Assembly (NCBI GenBank): GCA_031554055.1
Contig: JAVBKL010000008.1
Span: 49-64,048 of the forward strand
Origin: Eubacteriales bacterium
GTDB lineage: Bacteria > Bacillota > Clostridia > Lachnospirales > JAVBKL01
Direction: 5' to 3'
Length of the DNA: 64,000 bases
In this document: piece after piece, positions 8,896 through 18,493 of the stretch
Position numbering within the stretch: position 1 is the first letter of the stretch
Layout of the letters: every line of letters begins with the position of its first letter
Position numbers and translations under genes: made by a program
Notes under the pieces: model-generated
Told to the model about the DNA's origin: nothing
The model's database searches: none
Seen by the model: the letters and a program-made list of their open reading frames with translations, nothing else

Positions 8896-10457
8896 CACAA
8901 AGGTATATGGAACTCTACGATCGGGCGTTGCATTTTTTGGATACGCACAGGCTTCTTGTGATTGACCAAACATTGCTTTTTATTGGTTTTCTTGCAATCC
9001 TTCTTACTCTTCTGCTCAGTAAAAAGCTAAACAACAGAATATTTGACTTCCTTGCTTCTGCCTCTGTGCTTGCAGTCAGTTTCATTGTTCAGTTTGATCT
9101 GCTAGACGGTGCCGTTTCACGTGGCAGTGTTCTGATGATTGGCTTTGCCCTTGCGTTTGTTATGACTGTCACCATTTTTATTTTGGGTTTTATCAAACTC
9201 AAAGTGCTTGATTATATTTTGCTGTTTGCGGCGTTCCTTTTAATTGACCGCTATGCAACCATTCAATACTCTTTTGGAAACGCCTATTACAACCTGTTAA
9301 TTTTTTTCGCAATCCTAGCCATTAGCAATAGTAGGCTTGGAAAAACTCGGGGGAGCCTTTTTCATATTTGGTTTTCGTTTATCATTACCGATATTCTTGG
9401 TTTTGTTTTCAACATTATCTATGACAGGGTGGTAAGACAAATTGGGTACTCTTTTGATTCCAACATTGACAAGCTTTTGTTTTGGGGTGTTTCAACCGCC
9501 GCCATCGTATCGGTTTGTCTGTTGCTTGTATATCTTCTTAAAACCACCTTCAAAAAATATTTTCATGAAATTAATCAAATGGGGCAGAATTACCCTCATA
9601 TCGAAAAATATTTTGTAACAAACACAATCATTATCTTTGTGACTTTCATTGTGGTGCACCTCGTTTACACACAAAGATTCGGTTACTCTTTGAATATTTC
9701 TTATTTGATCACTGCATTTTCCATGTTTGCGTTATTATTTCAATTGTCGTTTTTAACACAGCTTTTTCGGGTCGCTTATTTAAAAGATAATTTGCAAAGC
9801 AAGATACAAGAAAATCAAACGCTTGCGCTCTATTCCTCAAACCTTGAAAAAAACTTGCATGACATGAGAGACATCAAGCATGACATTAAAAATATTTTTT
9901 TTACAATGGGCAACTACGTGGAGCAAAGCGACAACGAAGATTTAAAAGCGTATTACCAATCCAAGATCAAACCATTTGCAAACGATGAGATTTATAAAAA
10001 CGATTTATACAGCAGACTCACGGCGATTGACAACGAGCAACTGAAAGCGTTCTTGTATTACAAAATAACGCAAGCGGTAGAAAGAAAAGTAATTGTCTCG
10101 CTTGAAATTTCGCAAAGCTACTCCACAATCAACGAGAAAATGGATTTTATTGACTTAATTCGTGTATTGGGTATTTTGCTTGACAACGCCATTGAAGAAT
10201 GCATGACGCTTGTCGACGCCAAAATTCATATTAAAATCTCGAAAAACGAAAACCTAATTTCATACATCATTAAAAACACCGTTGACCCAACAAAAAAAGA
10301 AACAGGCATAAAAAAAGGCGTTTCCACAAAAGGCAGCGAGCGTGGCAGCGGACTCATTATTGTTCAAAACATCGTGGAGAAATATGATTTCTTGACACTG
10401 AACTCCTACTTTCAAGACGAGTTTTTTGTGCAGTGCTTAAATGAACACGGCGAATAA
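8892..10457 (+). CDS. AgrC-like GHKL sensor histidine kinase with a large polytopic N-terminus
   Basis: About 9-10 predicted TM helices, then DIKHDIKNIFF (phospho-His), LGILLDNAIEE (N-box) and GSERGSGLIIVQNIVEKY (G-box). ATG 8892 overlaps the regulator stop as ATGA. Confidence 0.8.
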   Translation: MTQRYMELYDRALHFLDTHRLLVIDQTLLFIGFLAILLTLLLSKKLNNRIFDFLASASVLAVSFIVQFDLLDGAVSRGSVLMIGFALAFVMTVTIFILGFIKLKVLDYILLFAAFLLIDRYATIQYSFGNAYYNLLIFFAILAISNSRLGKTRGSLFHIWFSFIITDILGFVFNIIYDRVVRQIGYSFDSNIDKLLFWGVSTAAIVSVCLLLVYLLKTTFKKYFHEINQMGQNYPHIEKYFVTNTIIIFVTFIVVHLVYTQRFGYSLNISYLITAFSMFALLFQLSFLTQLFRVAYLKDNLQSKIQENQTLALYSSNLEKNLHDMRDIKHDIKNIFFTMGNYVEQSDNEDLKAYYQSKIKPFANDEIYKNDLYSRLTAIDNEQLKAFLYYKITQAVERKVIVSLEISQSYSTINEKMDFIDLIRVLGILLDNAIEECMTLVDAKIHIKISKNENLISYIIKNTVDPTKKETGIKKGVSTKGSERGSGLIIVQNIVEKYDFLTLNSYFQDEFFVQCLNEHGE

Positions 10458-10609
10458 ATCATTTCAGAAGTCAGAAAAACCATGTTTCTAGTCTGATTAT
10501 TCTATACCTCTATTGTGAATTAGTATAAAAAATACTTTAATGATTGCAGCAAAGGGCCTTGCCAATCAAGCATTCAACCAAAACCAAAATAACGATAGGG
10601 GAAAAATAT

Positions 10610-11992
10610 ATGAGAAGCAAATTAATAACAGGTTTATCAGCAACCACTTTAATCAGTATGCTCATGGGGTCTTGGATGATTTTCAATCGTGTCTCCACCC
10701 CTACTCCTTCTAGCAAAAACTTTACGCTCAATGATTTACAGGGCAATGCCGTTTCACTTTCTGATTTTTAGGGCAAAACTGTGTATATCAAATTTTGGGC
10801 AACATGGTGTCCGAGTTGCCTAGGCGGACTGGAAGATTTTAAAGAATTGTCAAACCAATACAAAGATTCAGAAGATGTGGCAATTTTGTCCATGGTCGGC
10901 ACGATGGGCTATGTCATGCTCGCACCCAATATGGGGAGTTCGAACAAAGTCGTTTTAGGAGATGATAAAATGAACGAAACACCACCCAGTCTACCGAAAA
11001 ATCCAAACAAAAACATTTCATTTGATACAAGCAACCTACAGGATATTTATTTTGCTGGCGGCTGTTTCTGGGGTACAGAGGCCTATCTTGCAAGAGTCCC
11101 AGGCGTGTACGATGCAACTGTGGGTTATGCAAACGGCAACACCAAAAATCCAACGTATGAAGACGTGTGTACACGCAATACAGGCCATGCCGAAACCGTT
11201 CATGTACTGTACGACCCAGAAATAATCAGCTTAGAAAAACTAACCGAGCAATTTTTTAAGACGATCAACCCCACCAGTGTAAACAGACAAGGAAACGATA
11301 TGGGCAGCCAATACAGATCTGGCATTTACTATGTAAATGAAACGGATAAAGACATCATCGCATCTGTCGTACAAGAGGAACAAACGAAATATGAGAAAGC
11401 AATTGTGACAGAGGTACTTCCACTAGAAAATTATTATCTGGCAGAAGAATACCATCAGGATTATCTGGAAAAAAATCCAGATGGTTACTGCCATGTCAGT
11501 TTTGATAGCTTAAATGATCACAGAACAGAAGACGTAACCGTTGACCCATCCCTATACACCAAACCGTCTGACGATGAACTTCATAAAAAACTATCGCCTG
11601 AAGAATATAACGTAACGCAAAATGCAGCAACCGAGCGTTCTTTCACGGGTAAATTTTGGGATAACACAGAAGTTGGACTGTATGTTGATGTTGCCACAGG
11701 AGAACCTTTGTTTACTCCCACTGACAAATTCGATTCGGGTTGCGGTTGGCCAAGCTTTACCAAACCGATTGATGATGAAGTGATTGTTGAGGAAAGTGAT
11801 GAGAGCTTTGGCATGACAAGAACAGAAGTGAGAAGCAGAGTCGGCGATTCCCATTTGGGTCATGTGTTTGAAGATGGCCCCATTGACAAAGGCGGTTTGC
11901 GATATTGCATTAACAGTGCTTCACTTAAATTTATCCCTTATGCGGATATGGAAAAAGAAGGCTATGCCGAGTTTATAAAACTAATAAAATAA
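10610..11992 (+). pseudogene. msrAB: membrane-anchored thioredoxin-like/MsrA/MsrB fusion, interrupted by an in-frame TAG at 10769-10771
   Basis: ORFs 10544-10771 and 10781-11992 share one frame. The read-through is ...[23 protein letters not shown], which contains a TlpA-like CxxC. MsrA is marked by [10 protein letters not shown] and MsrB by RYCINSASL. The Trx part also looks shortened. The MsrAB part (10781-11992) may still be expressed from an internal start. Confidence 0.7.
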
Positions 11993-12001
11993 TGGCACTC
12001 C

Positions 12002-12409
12002 ATGCCGGAGCGTGATTATTTCGAATACGCAAGAGAAGCGTTGCGGCTTGGGGTGGACGATTACGGTCTCAAGCCGATTTCAAAAAATGAAATTGAACAA
12101 ATTTTAAAGACCGCCATCGAAAAATTAAAAGAGCAAACCAAAAGCAAAGAACTCCAAAAAGCCGTTGGGTTTGTTTGTCCAGATAATTATTTTTTGCCAA
12201 CGGAACCCATGCTAAAAGGCGAGACGCTTAACCCCGAGAAAGAAACTTCCAGTAACAAAAAAAATTCCAGTGGCGTTGGCTTAAAAAATGTTGCCATGCG
12301 TGTGCATTTGTTTGGCTGTGAAAATTGTGGCATCGTCATAAACAGTTCTCTCTACGTTGGAACAAATGTAAAACTGATTTTCCCTAATCAAACTTTTAAA
12401 GTTGTCTAA
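12002..12409 (+). pseudogene. chimeric remnant: C-terminal part of a YesN-like receiver fused to the C-terminal tip of a YesM-like histidine kinase
   Basis: The N-terminal half, FEYAREALRLGVDDYGLKPISKNEIEQIL, corresponds to alpha4-beta5-alpha5 of a receiver and lacks the phospho-Asp part. The C-terminal half, SGVGLKNVAMRVHLFG...IVINSSLYVGTNVKLIFP, is only the G2 box and tail of a HATPase. Confidence 0.6.
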
Positions 12410-12458
12410 TATAAACTTTGAAGTTTGATTTTTTTTGTTTAAAATTAAAAATAAGTCC

Positions 12459-12487
12459 TTGCAATTCATTTTTACTTATGGTAATAT
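12459..12487 (+). promoter_or_regulatory. sigma-A-like promoter of the ABC/GH43 operon
   Basis: TTGCAA (12459-12464), a 17 nt spacer, then TAATAT (12482-12487). Confidence 0.5.
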
Positions 12488-12502
12488 TCATCTTACAGAC
12501 AC

Positions 12503-12516
12503 GGAAATCGATTTCC
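12503..12516. promoter_or_regulatory. LacI-family-type operator palindrome
   Basis: A perfect 14-bp palindrome, GGAAATCGATTTCC, with a central CG. It lies 16 nt downstream of the -10, and a LacI-family regulator is encoded at the end of the same operon. Confidence 0.55.
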
Positions 12517-12561
12517 ATATCTGAATCTATGTGCAACTCTTATAATTGAAAGGGGTATGTT

Positions 12562-14013
12562 ATGAAGAAATTTATTGCAACAATCTTAACAGCAGCTATG
12601 GCTGTCTCCGCACTCACCGGTTGTTCCGCTCCGGCTCCAAAAGAAACATCTGCTGCGGCTCCTGCACCCGCTGCCGAAGCTCCAGTTGCTCCGGTTGCTG
12701 AAGCTCCCGCTCCAAAAGAAGCTACCGCTGACCAACTCGAAGGAACACTTAACATCTGGTCGTTCACAAATGAAGTTCAAGTTTTCTCGCTTGCCTTCCG
12801 TGAGAAATATCCAAAAGTAAATGTGCAGTACACAATGATTCCTATGACAGACGGTGAGTACCAAACAAAAATTAAATCCGCAATCCAAGCGGGCGATGTT
12901 CCTGATGTTATCGTTCTTGAAGCAACTTTCGTTAAAGAGTATGTTGAAAGTGATATGCTGATGGATTTAAACGAGCTTCTTCCGCTGGCAAAAGAGAACG
13001 AGACTTACCAAGGCGTTCTTGACGTGGGAACAAGCAATGGCGTTGTAAAAGCATACAGCTATCAATCCACTCCGGGTGCAGTTTTCTACAGAAGAAGCCT
13101 TGCCAAAGAATATTTTGGCACAGACGAACCAGCGAAAATACAAGAACTTTTATCTGACATGAGTAAGTTTGAAGCTGCTGCAAAAGTGGTAAAAGAAAAA
13201 TCAAACGGAAATACATACATGGTTTCATCAACAGGCGATTTTACAAACCCAGTATTTAACGTAAGAAGCAAACCTTGGGTTGTTGATGAAAAACTCGTGA
13301 TTGATGACAAAGTGTTAGAACTTATGGACACTTGCAAAAACTTTAGACAAAACGGTTATGAAGCACAAGCTACACAGTGGCAAGAAGGCTGGTTCGCTGG
13401 CATGAAAGACACATTAACAGATGCTTCTGGTGCTCCTAAAAAAGTATTTAGCTATTTCTTACCAACATGGGGACTTCCTTATGTTCTGATGCAAAACGGC
13501 CCTGAAACTGCTGGCGACTGGGCTTGCATCGACGGTCCTGTTCCTTATAGCTGGGGCGGTACTTGGCTTGGTGCAATGAAAGATGCTAAAAATGCTGACA
13601 TGGCAAAAGAGTTTGTTCGTTTCTCAGCTCTTAACCAAGATACACTTAAAAATTGGGCACTTGGCAAATATACAAACGAGTACCTCAAGAAAATTGACCC
13701 ATCCATCGGCGACACATTGGCTCAAGGCCCTGGCGACTTCGTTTCTAGCCGCAAAGTTGTAAACGAAATCATTGGCGAGTTCGATAATTCAGAGACAACA
13801 AAATACTTGGCTGGACAAAATTCTTACCGTGGTTTTGCTGCTGCTGCTGAAAAAGTAAATCTTACTCTTATGCAAGGCACAGACGATGCAATCCAAAGAG
13901 CACTGGCAGATCCACTTAACGCTTACGCTTCTGGCAAAGCAACAAAAGAAGAAGCTTTAAATCAATTTAAAGATGCTGTAAGAGCAGCTGTTCCAGATAT
14001 TATTGTAGAATAA
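12562..14013 (+). CDS. sugar ABC transporter substrate-binding lipoprotein (family 1) with a Pro/Ala-rich tether
   Basis: Lipobox LTGCS, then linker APAPKETSAAAPAPAAEAPVAPVAEAPAPKE, then the solute-binding fold. It is followed by two permease genes. Confidence 0.85.
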   Translation: MKKFIATILTAAMAVSALTGCSAPAPKETSAAAPAPAAEAPVAPVAEAPAPKEATADQLEGTLNIWSFTNEVQVFSLAFREKYPKVNVQYTMIPMTDGEYQTKIKSAIQAGDVPDVIVLEATFVKEYVESDMLMDLNELLPLAKENETYQGVLDVGTSNGVVKAYSYQSTPGAVFYRRSLAKEYFGTDEPAKIQELLSDMSKFEAAAKVVKEKSNGNTYMVSSTGDFTNPVFNVRSKPWVVDEKLVIDDKVLELMDTCKNFRQNGYEAQATQWQEGWFAGMKDTLTDASGAPKKVFSYFLPTWGLPYVLMQNGPETAGDWACIDGPVPYSWGGTWLGAMKDAKNADMAKEFVRFSALNQDTLKNWALGKYTNEYLKKIDPSIGDTLAQGPGDFVSSRKVVNEIIGEFDNSETTKYLAGQNSYRGFAAAAEKVNLTLMQGTDDAIQRALADPLNAYASGKATKEEALNQFKDAVRAAVPDIIVE

Positions 14014-14020
14014 TGCATTC

Positions 14021-14054
14021 GGGGCGTTGCAAAATTTTAATTTTGCAACGCCCC
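14021..14054 (+). terminator. intra-operon hairpin (attenuating terminator or mRNA stabiliser) after the binding-protein gene
   Basis: A perfect stem, GGGGCGTTGCAAAAT / ATTTTGCAACGCCCC, followed by TTTAAAAA, which is a weak U-tract. Confidence 0.55.
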
Positions 14055-14081
14055 TTTAAAAATGTGGTCGGAGGGAAGTAA

Positions 14082-15020
14082 ATGAAAAAGACTCTTGGCG
14101 GTATCGAAAAAAATCACTACGGATATTTATTTGTTGCACCGTTCGTTTTAGGTATTTTGATTTTCACGCTTTACCCTGTTTTTTACACGTTATACCTTGG
14201 CTTTACCAACACAACCATCATGACCAAGACAAACGATTTTGTCGGGATTGATAACTATAAAAAATTGTTTTCTGATAAAGTATTTTTAAATTCAATTATT
14301 ACCACTTGGAAACTTTGGCTCTTAAACTTTATTCCACAAATTGGAATCGCTCTGCTGTTTTCAGTTTGGTTTACATCAACACGCTTACGATTGAAATTAG
14401 TCGGCTTCTGGCGAACATTATTTTATTTGCCCAACCTTTTAATGCCAGCCACCATCGCCGTTTTATTTAACACGTTTATCAGTTATTACGGACCTGTAAA
14501 CCAGTTTCTTGTTCGCACTGGTTTATCCTCCGAAGCAATTGATTTCTTGCGTTTTGCCCCTTTTATGCAAGGCACAGTAATTTATATCCAGTGGTGGATG
14601 TGGTTTGGCTCAACAATCATCATCTTAACCGCTGGCATGACATCCATATCACCTTCATTATATGAGTCTGCTATGGTTGACGGCGCATCATCTGGACAAA
14701 TGTTTTCAAAAATCACTTTGCCGCTGCTCAAACCCATTTTGCTTTATACGCTCGTGACTTCACTCGTCGGCGGTATGCAAATGTTTGATATTCCGTTTAT
14801 GCTGACAGACGGACGTGGTTCACCAAACTTCTCGCTCATGACCATGAACGTAAATATGTATTCGAGATTTGCTTCCTCCAAAGGGCATATCGGTATGGCG
14901 GCTTCCGTTGGCGTTTGTATCTTTGTCATCACGACAGTCGTTGCTCTGATTATCTTCCGTGTTCTTCGCACGAAAGACGAGAACGAGGTCAAAAAAACTA
15001 AGAAAGCGAGGGCGTTATAA
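14082..15020 (+). CDS. carbohydrate ABC transporter permease (MalF/LacF-like)
   Basis: 312 aa with 6 TM helices. The EAA-type loop is YESAMVDGASSGQMFSKITLPLLKP. Confidence 0.85.
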   Translation: MKKTLGGIEKNHYGYLFVAPFVLGILIFTLYPVFYTLYLGFTNTTIMTKTNDFVGIDNYKKLFSDKVFLNSIITTWKLWLLNFIPQIGIALLFSVWFTSTRLRLKLVGFWRTLFYLPNLLMPATIAVLFNTFISYYGPVNQFLVRTGLSSEAIDFLRFAPFMQGTVIYIQWWMWFGSTIIILTAGMTSISPSLYESAMVDGASSGQMFSKITLPLLKPILLYTLVTSLVGGMQMFDIPFMLTDGRGSPNFSLMTMNVNMYSRFASSKGHIGMAASVGVCIFVITTVVALIIFRVLRTKDENEVKKTKKARAL

Positions 15021-15859
15021 TGAATTATACTACTCGAACCAATATTTTGCGGTTTATATGTTATACCGCACTCGTCATTGTTTTGATTCTTTGCATCGTT
15101 CCAGTTTGGTTGCTGTTTGTCAACGCAACTCGTTCCACACCAGAAATTCAAAGCGGCATCAGTCTTCTGCCTTCGACGCATCTCGCTGAAAACTGGTCGA
15201 TTCTTACCAATCGTGGCTTTAGCATTTTTAGAGGGTTATCAAACTCGGCGATTATTGCAGTTGGCTCTACTGTTTTAACAGTTTATTTCTCACTGATGAC
15301 CGCTTACGCCATTGAAGTGTACAACTTTAAGTTTAAGCATATTATTTATTCACTTGTTCTTGTACTTGTTATGCTTCCGATGCAAGTTGCCATCATAGGT
15401 TTTTATCAATATATGTCGATATTGAAATTGTTAAATACTTATATTCCACTTATTCTTCCAGCAATTGCCGCACCTTCTACTGTGTTTTTTGCGAAACAAT
15501 ATTTAGAAGGTTGTGTAATCAAAGAACTGATCCACGCTGGGCGTATCGACGGCTGTTCAGAACTTGGCATCTTCCACAAAATTATGTTGCCAATTGCTGC
15601 GCCCGGTGCATTCACCATGGGAATCTTTGCCTTTGTTGGTTCTTGGAACAACTTCTTCACACCATTTATGATAATTTCAAAAATGGAAAAGTTTACGTTG
15701 CCAATGCTCATAAAAACACTTCGGGGTGACGTGTATCGCACCGAGTACGGCAGTATTTATTTGGGCCTTGCCTTATCTGTTGTTCCTGTTATTTTCGTAT
15801 ATATTTGCTTCTCAAAATATATCGTAAGCGGCATGGCAATGGGTGCAGTAAAAGAATAG
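15020..15859 (+). CDS. carbohydrate ABC transporter permease (MalG/LacG-like)
   Basis: 279 aa. The EAA-type loop is IHAGRIDGCSELGIFHKIMLPIAAP. Its start overlaps the upstream stop (TAATG). Confidence 0.85.
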   Translation: MNYTTRTNILRFICYTALVIVLILCIVPVWLLFVNATRSTPEIQSGISLLPSTHLAENWSILTNRGFSIFRGLSNSAIIAVGSTVLTVYFSLMTAYAIEVYNFKFKHIIYSLVLVLVMLPMQVAIIGFYQYMSILKLLNTYIPLILPAIAAPSTVFFAKQYLEGCVIKELIHAGRIDGCSELGIFHKIMLPIAAPGAFTMGIFAFVGSWNNFFTPFMIISKMEKFTLPMLIKTLRGDVYRTEYGSIYLGLALSVVPVIFVYICFSKYIVSGMAMGAVKE

Positions 15860-15892
15860 TCATATTAATTCGAAACCGAAAGGGCTGTTATC

Positions 15893-17443
15893 ATGATTAA
15901 AAATCCTGTTTTGTCTGGCTTTCATGCCGACCCTTCACTTCTTTATGTCGATGGAACTTTTTATATAGCCAACTCAACTTTTGAGTATTTTCCTGGTGTA
16001 AAAATTTCAAAATCGACTGACCTCGCCAATTGGGAAACTGTGTGTTATCCGCTTGACCGTGACAGCCTCCTCAACATGGAGGGCAACCCCAGAAGCTGTG
16101 GCATTTGGGCACCTTGCTTAACGTTTGACAACGGAATGTTCTATCTTGTTTATACCGATGTAAAGAGTTGGGCAGACGGCCCATTTAAAGATACACCAAA
16201 CTATATTACCACCGCCAAAAATATTGAAGGCCCGTGGTCTGACCCTGTTTATATAAACTGCTCGGGATTTGACCCATCATTGTTCCACGACACAGATGGA
16301 CGAAAATATTTTGTTAGCATGGAATGGGATTACAGAAAAACCGGTGCGGAGCAATTCTCTGGCATTTTAGTTACAGAGCTTGATCCAGTTTCTCTAAAAC
16401 CTATTAAAGAACCTGTGAAAGTATTTTTGGGTTCGGAACGTGGACTTGTGGAAGGCCCTCATATGTATAGAATCGGTGAATATTATTATTTGTTCACAGC
16501 AGAGGGCGGAACTACTTACGAACACGCCGAAACCGTTGCTCGGTCTAAAAATTTGTTTGGCCCGTATGAGATGCACCCGAACACACATTTGGTTTGTACG
16601 GAAGATTTCCCAAATGCACCAATCCAAAAAACAGGGCATGGCGCCATGGTGCAGTCTAGCGACGGACGTTTTTGGTTTGCTTGCCTTTGTGGTCGTCCAA
16701 TCGGGGAACACAGACGTTGTCCACTGGGAAGAGAAACTTCTATCAACGAAGTGATTTGGGAAAACGATTGGCCATACCTTAAAAATAAAACCACGCTCGT
16801 TGATTTAGAATTCGAAGGATACGGCGAGAAAATTGCTTACACAGGAACAGACTACAAGTTTACGGATAAGAATTTTTGGCTTGATTTCCAATCTGTAAGA
16901 AGCAAATCAAAAGCAGAAGTGACAGGCGGCGGTGCTCTTAGAATTTTTGGTGGCAACGCACCAACAAGCAACTTTGAACAGAACTTACTTGTTCGCCGCC
17001 AAACGGATTTTAATTTTACCGCAACAACCTCGTTTCAATTGTACGGCAAGAGCTTTCAAAAAATGGCGGGGCTTGTGTACCGTTATGACGAGTACACCAA
17101 TTATTTCTTGCGTGTGGCTTACGATGAAGAGAAACAACAGAACTGCTTAGGACTTCTTAGCTTTATTAAATCCGAGTTTTCCATGCCGATTTCTGAAATT
17201 CCTGTGGGCAATGGAACCGTTTATTTAAAACTCACTGTAAAAGCCAGCACAGGCACTTTTGCGTATTCACTTGACGGCGAAACCTACACTGATATACAAT
17301 ACACGGTAGACGCAACCACTTTATCTGACGAGTTCGCAACACCACTTGGGTTTACAGGTGCATTTGTTGGCATGAACTGCGTGGATATTTGCGATAAAAC
17401 TGCTTATGCGGATTTCTATAGTTTTTCGTATAGAGTAGACTAA
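15893..17443 (+). CDS. GH43 beta-xylosidase/alpha-L-arabinofuranosidase with a C-terminal beta-sandwich
   Basis: NPVLSGFHADPS (catalytic Asp), WAPCLTFDNGMFYLVYTD, DPSLFHD and LVEGPHMYRIGEYYYL (catalytic Glu). Confidence 0.85.
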   Translation: MIKNPVLSGFHADPSLLYVDGTFYIANSTFEYFPGVKISKSTDLANWETVCYPLDRDSLLNMEGNPRSCGIWAPCLTFDNGMFYLVYTDVKSWADGPFKDTPNYITTAKNIEGPWSDPVYINCSGFDPSLFHDTDGRKYFVSMEWDYRKTGAEQFSGILVTELDPVSLKPIKEPVKVFLGSERGLVEGPHMYRIGEYYYLFTAEGGTTYEHAETVARSKNLFGPYEMHPNTHLVCTEDFPNAPIQKTGHGAMVQSSDGRFWFACLCGRPIGEHRRCPLGRETSINEVIWENDWPYLKNKTTLVDLEFEGYGEKIAYTGTDYKFTDKNFWLDFQSVRSKSKAEVTGGGALRIFGGNAPTSNFEQNLLVRRQTDFNFTATTSFQLYGKSFQKMAGLVYRYDEYTNYFLRVAYDEEKQQNCLGLLSFIKSEFSMPISEIPVGNGTVYLKLTVKASTGTFAYSLDGETYTDIQYTVDATTLSDEFATPLGFTGAFVGMNCVDICDKTAYADFYSFSYRVD

Positions 17444-17458
17444 GGTGTGAACTATCAA

Positions 17459-18493
17459 ATGGCAGTAACCATATATGACGTGGCAAAGCGGGCGGGTGTC
17501 GCCCCTGCCACTGTTTCAAAAGCACTCAATAATTATGCGGGCGTGAGTAAAAAAACGTATCAGCATGTCATGGAAACAGCAAAAGCCATGGACTTTACGC
17601 CAAACAGCACGGCACGAGCACTTATTACCAAAAAGTCTTGGTTGGTTGGTATGCTTTTTTCTGAAGAGCTTGCAACAGGCATCAAACATCCCCACTTCTC
17701 AAGTATCTTGAGCAGTGCTCAAATTCAGCTTTCAAAGGCTGGGTATGACGTGGTTTTTATTACCAACTCACTTGGTGGCGAAAAAATGACTTACTCGGAG
17801 CATTGCAAGTATCGAGGGGTTGACGGCGTTTTAATTGCTGCAAGTTGGGAATTTATTGAGGACGTGCAGTGTATTCTTGATTCGGACATCAACTGCGTTT
17901 CGGTTGAAATGCCGTACGAGAATAAATTTTCTGTACTCTCGGATAATTACGGCGGAACAACTGCCGCCATGGAATATTTATACGACATGGGGCATAGAAA
18001 AATTGCACACATCGCCGCACCGATAAAAAGCTTGGCTGGTGGTGAACGTTACCAAGGCTATGTTGATTTCTTAAAGCATAAAGGTTTAGCACATCACGAA
18101 AACTGGATTGTTGAATGTGAAGATTTCTCACCGCAAGCAGGTGTTGTTGCCGCACGAAAATTAACAGCACAATGGGGCGATGATTTGCCCACAGCAATTT
18201 GCTCGGCATACGATGAATACACCCTAGCTGCCATGAGCCATTTTTCGTCCATAGGCATAAAAATACCCGACGATATTTCTATCATCGGGTTTGACGATTT
18301 ACCAAGTGCAAAACTCGCCAACTTAACCACAATCAGACAAGAGCGTGATAAAATCGGCTGTACCGCCGCAGACTTGCTCATCGCTCAAATGAAGAAAGAG
18401 CCAATCAACGAGTCGTTCGATGTTCGAATCAAAACAGAACTCATCGAGCGAGGTACCGTTATAAAAATTAATTCGTGTCAAACAAATAAGTAA
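17459..18493 (+). CDS. LacI-family transcriptional regulator
   Basis: The HTH is MAVTIYDVAKRAGVAPATVSKALNN, followed by a periplasmic-binding-like core (IIGFDD). I chose ATG 17459; the track used GTG 17447. Confidence 0.85.
   Translation: MAVTIYDVAKRAGVAPATVSKALNNYAGVSKKTYQHVMETAKAMDFTPNSTARALITKKSWLVGMLFSEELATGIKHPHFSSILSSAQIQLSKAGYDVVFITNSLGGEKMTYSEHCKYRGVDGVLIAASWEFIEDVQCILDSDINCVSVEMPYENKFSVLSDNYGGTTAAMEYLYDMGHRKIAHIAAPIKSLAGGERYQGYVDFLKHKGLAHHENWIVECEDFSPQAGVVAARKLTAQWGDDLPTAICSAYDEYTLAAMSHFSSIGIKIPDDISIIGFDDLPSAKLANLTTIRQERDKIGCTAADLLIAQMKKEPINESFDVRIKTELIERGTVIKINSCQTNK

Noticed and set aside
10769-10771. The in-frame TAG in the Trx-MsrAB gene, considered as pyrrolysine or programmed read-through.
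   Set aside because: TAG terminates ordinary genes in this window, for example at 15857-15859. No pyl genes or recoding structure are visible. A nonsense mutation or sequencing error is the simpler explanation.
12540-12888. Antisense and alternative-frame ORFs (75 aa and 100 aa) over the start of the binding-protein gene.
   Set aside because: They are artefacts of the GC-rich Pro/Ala linker (GCN/CCN codons), which is open in several frames. They have no RBS and are low-complexity.
12562-15859. The missing ATPase gene in the sugar ABC transporter locus.
   Set aside because: Family-1 sugar ABC systems in Firmicutes commonly share a distant MsmK/MsmX-type ATPase, so this is not an anomaly.
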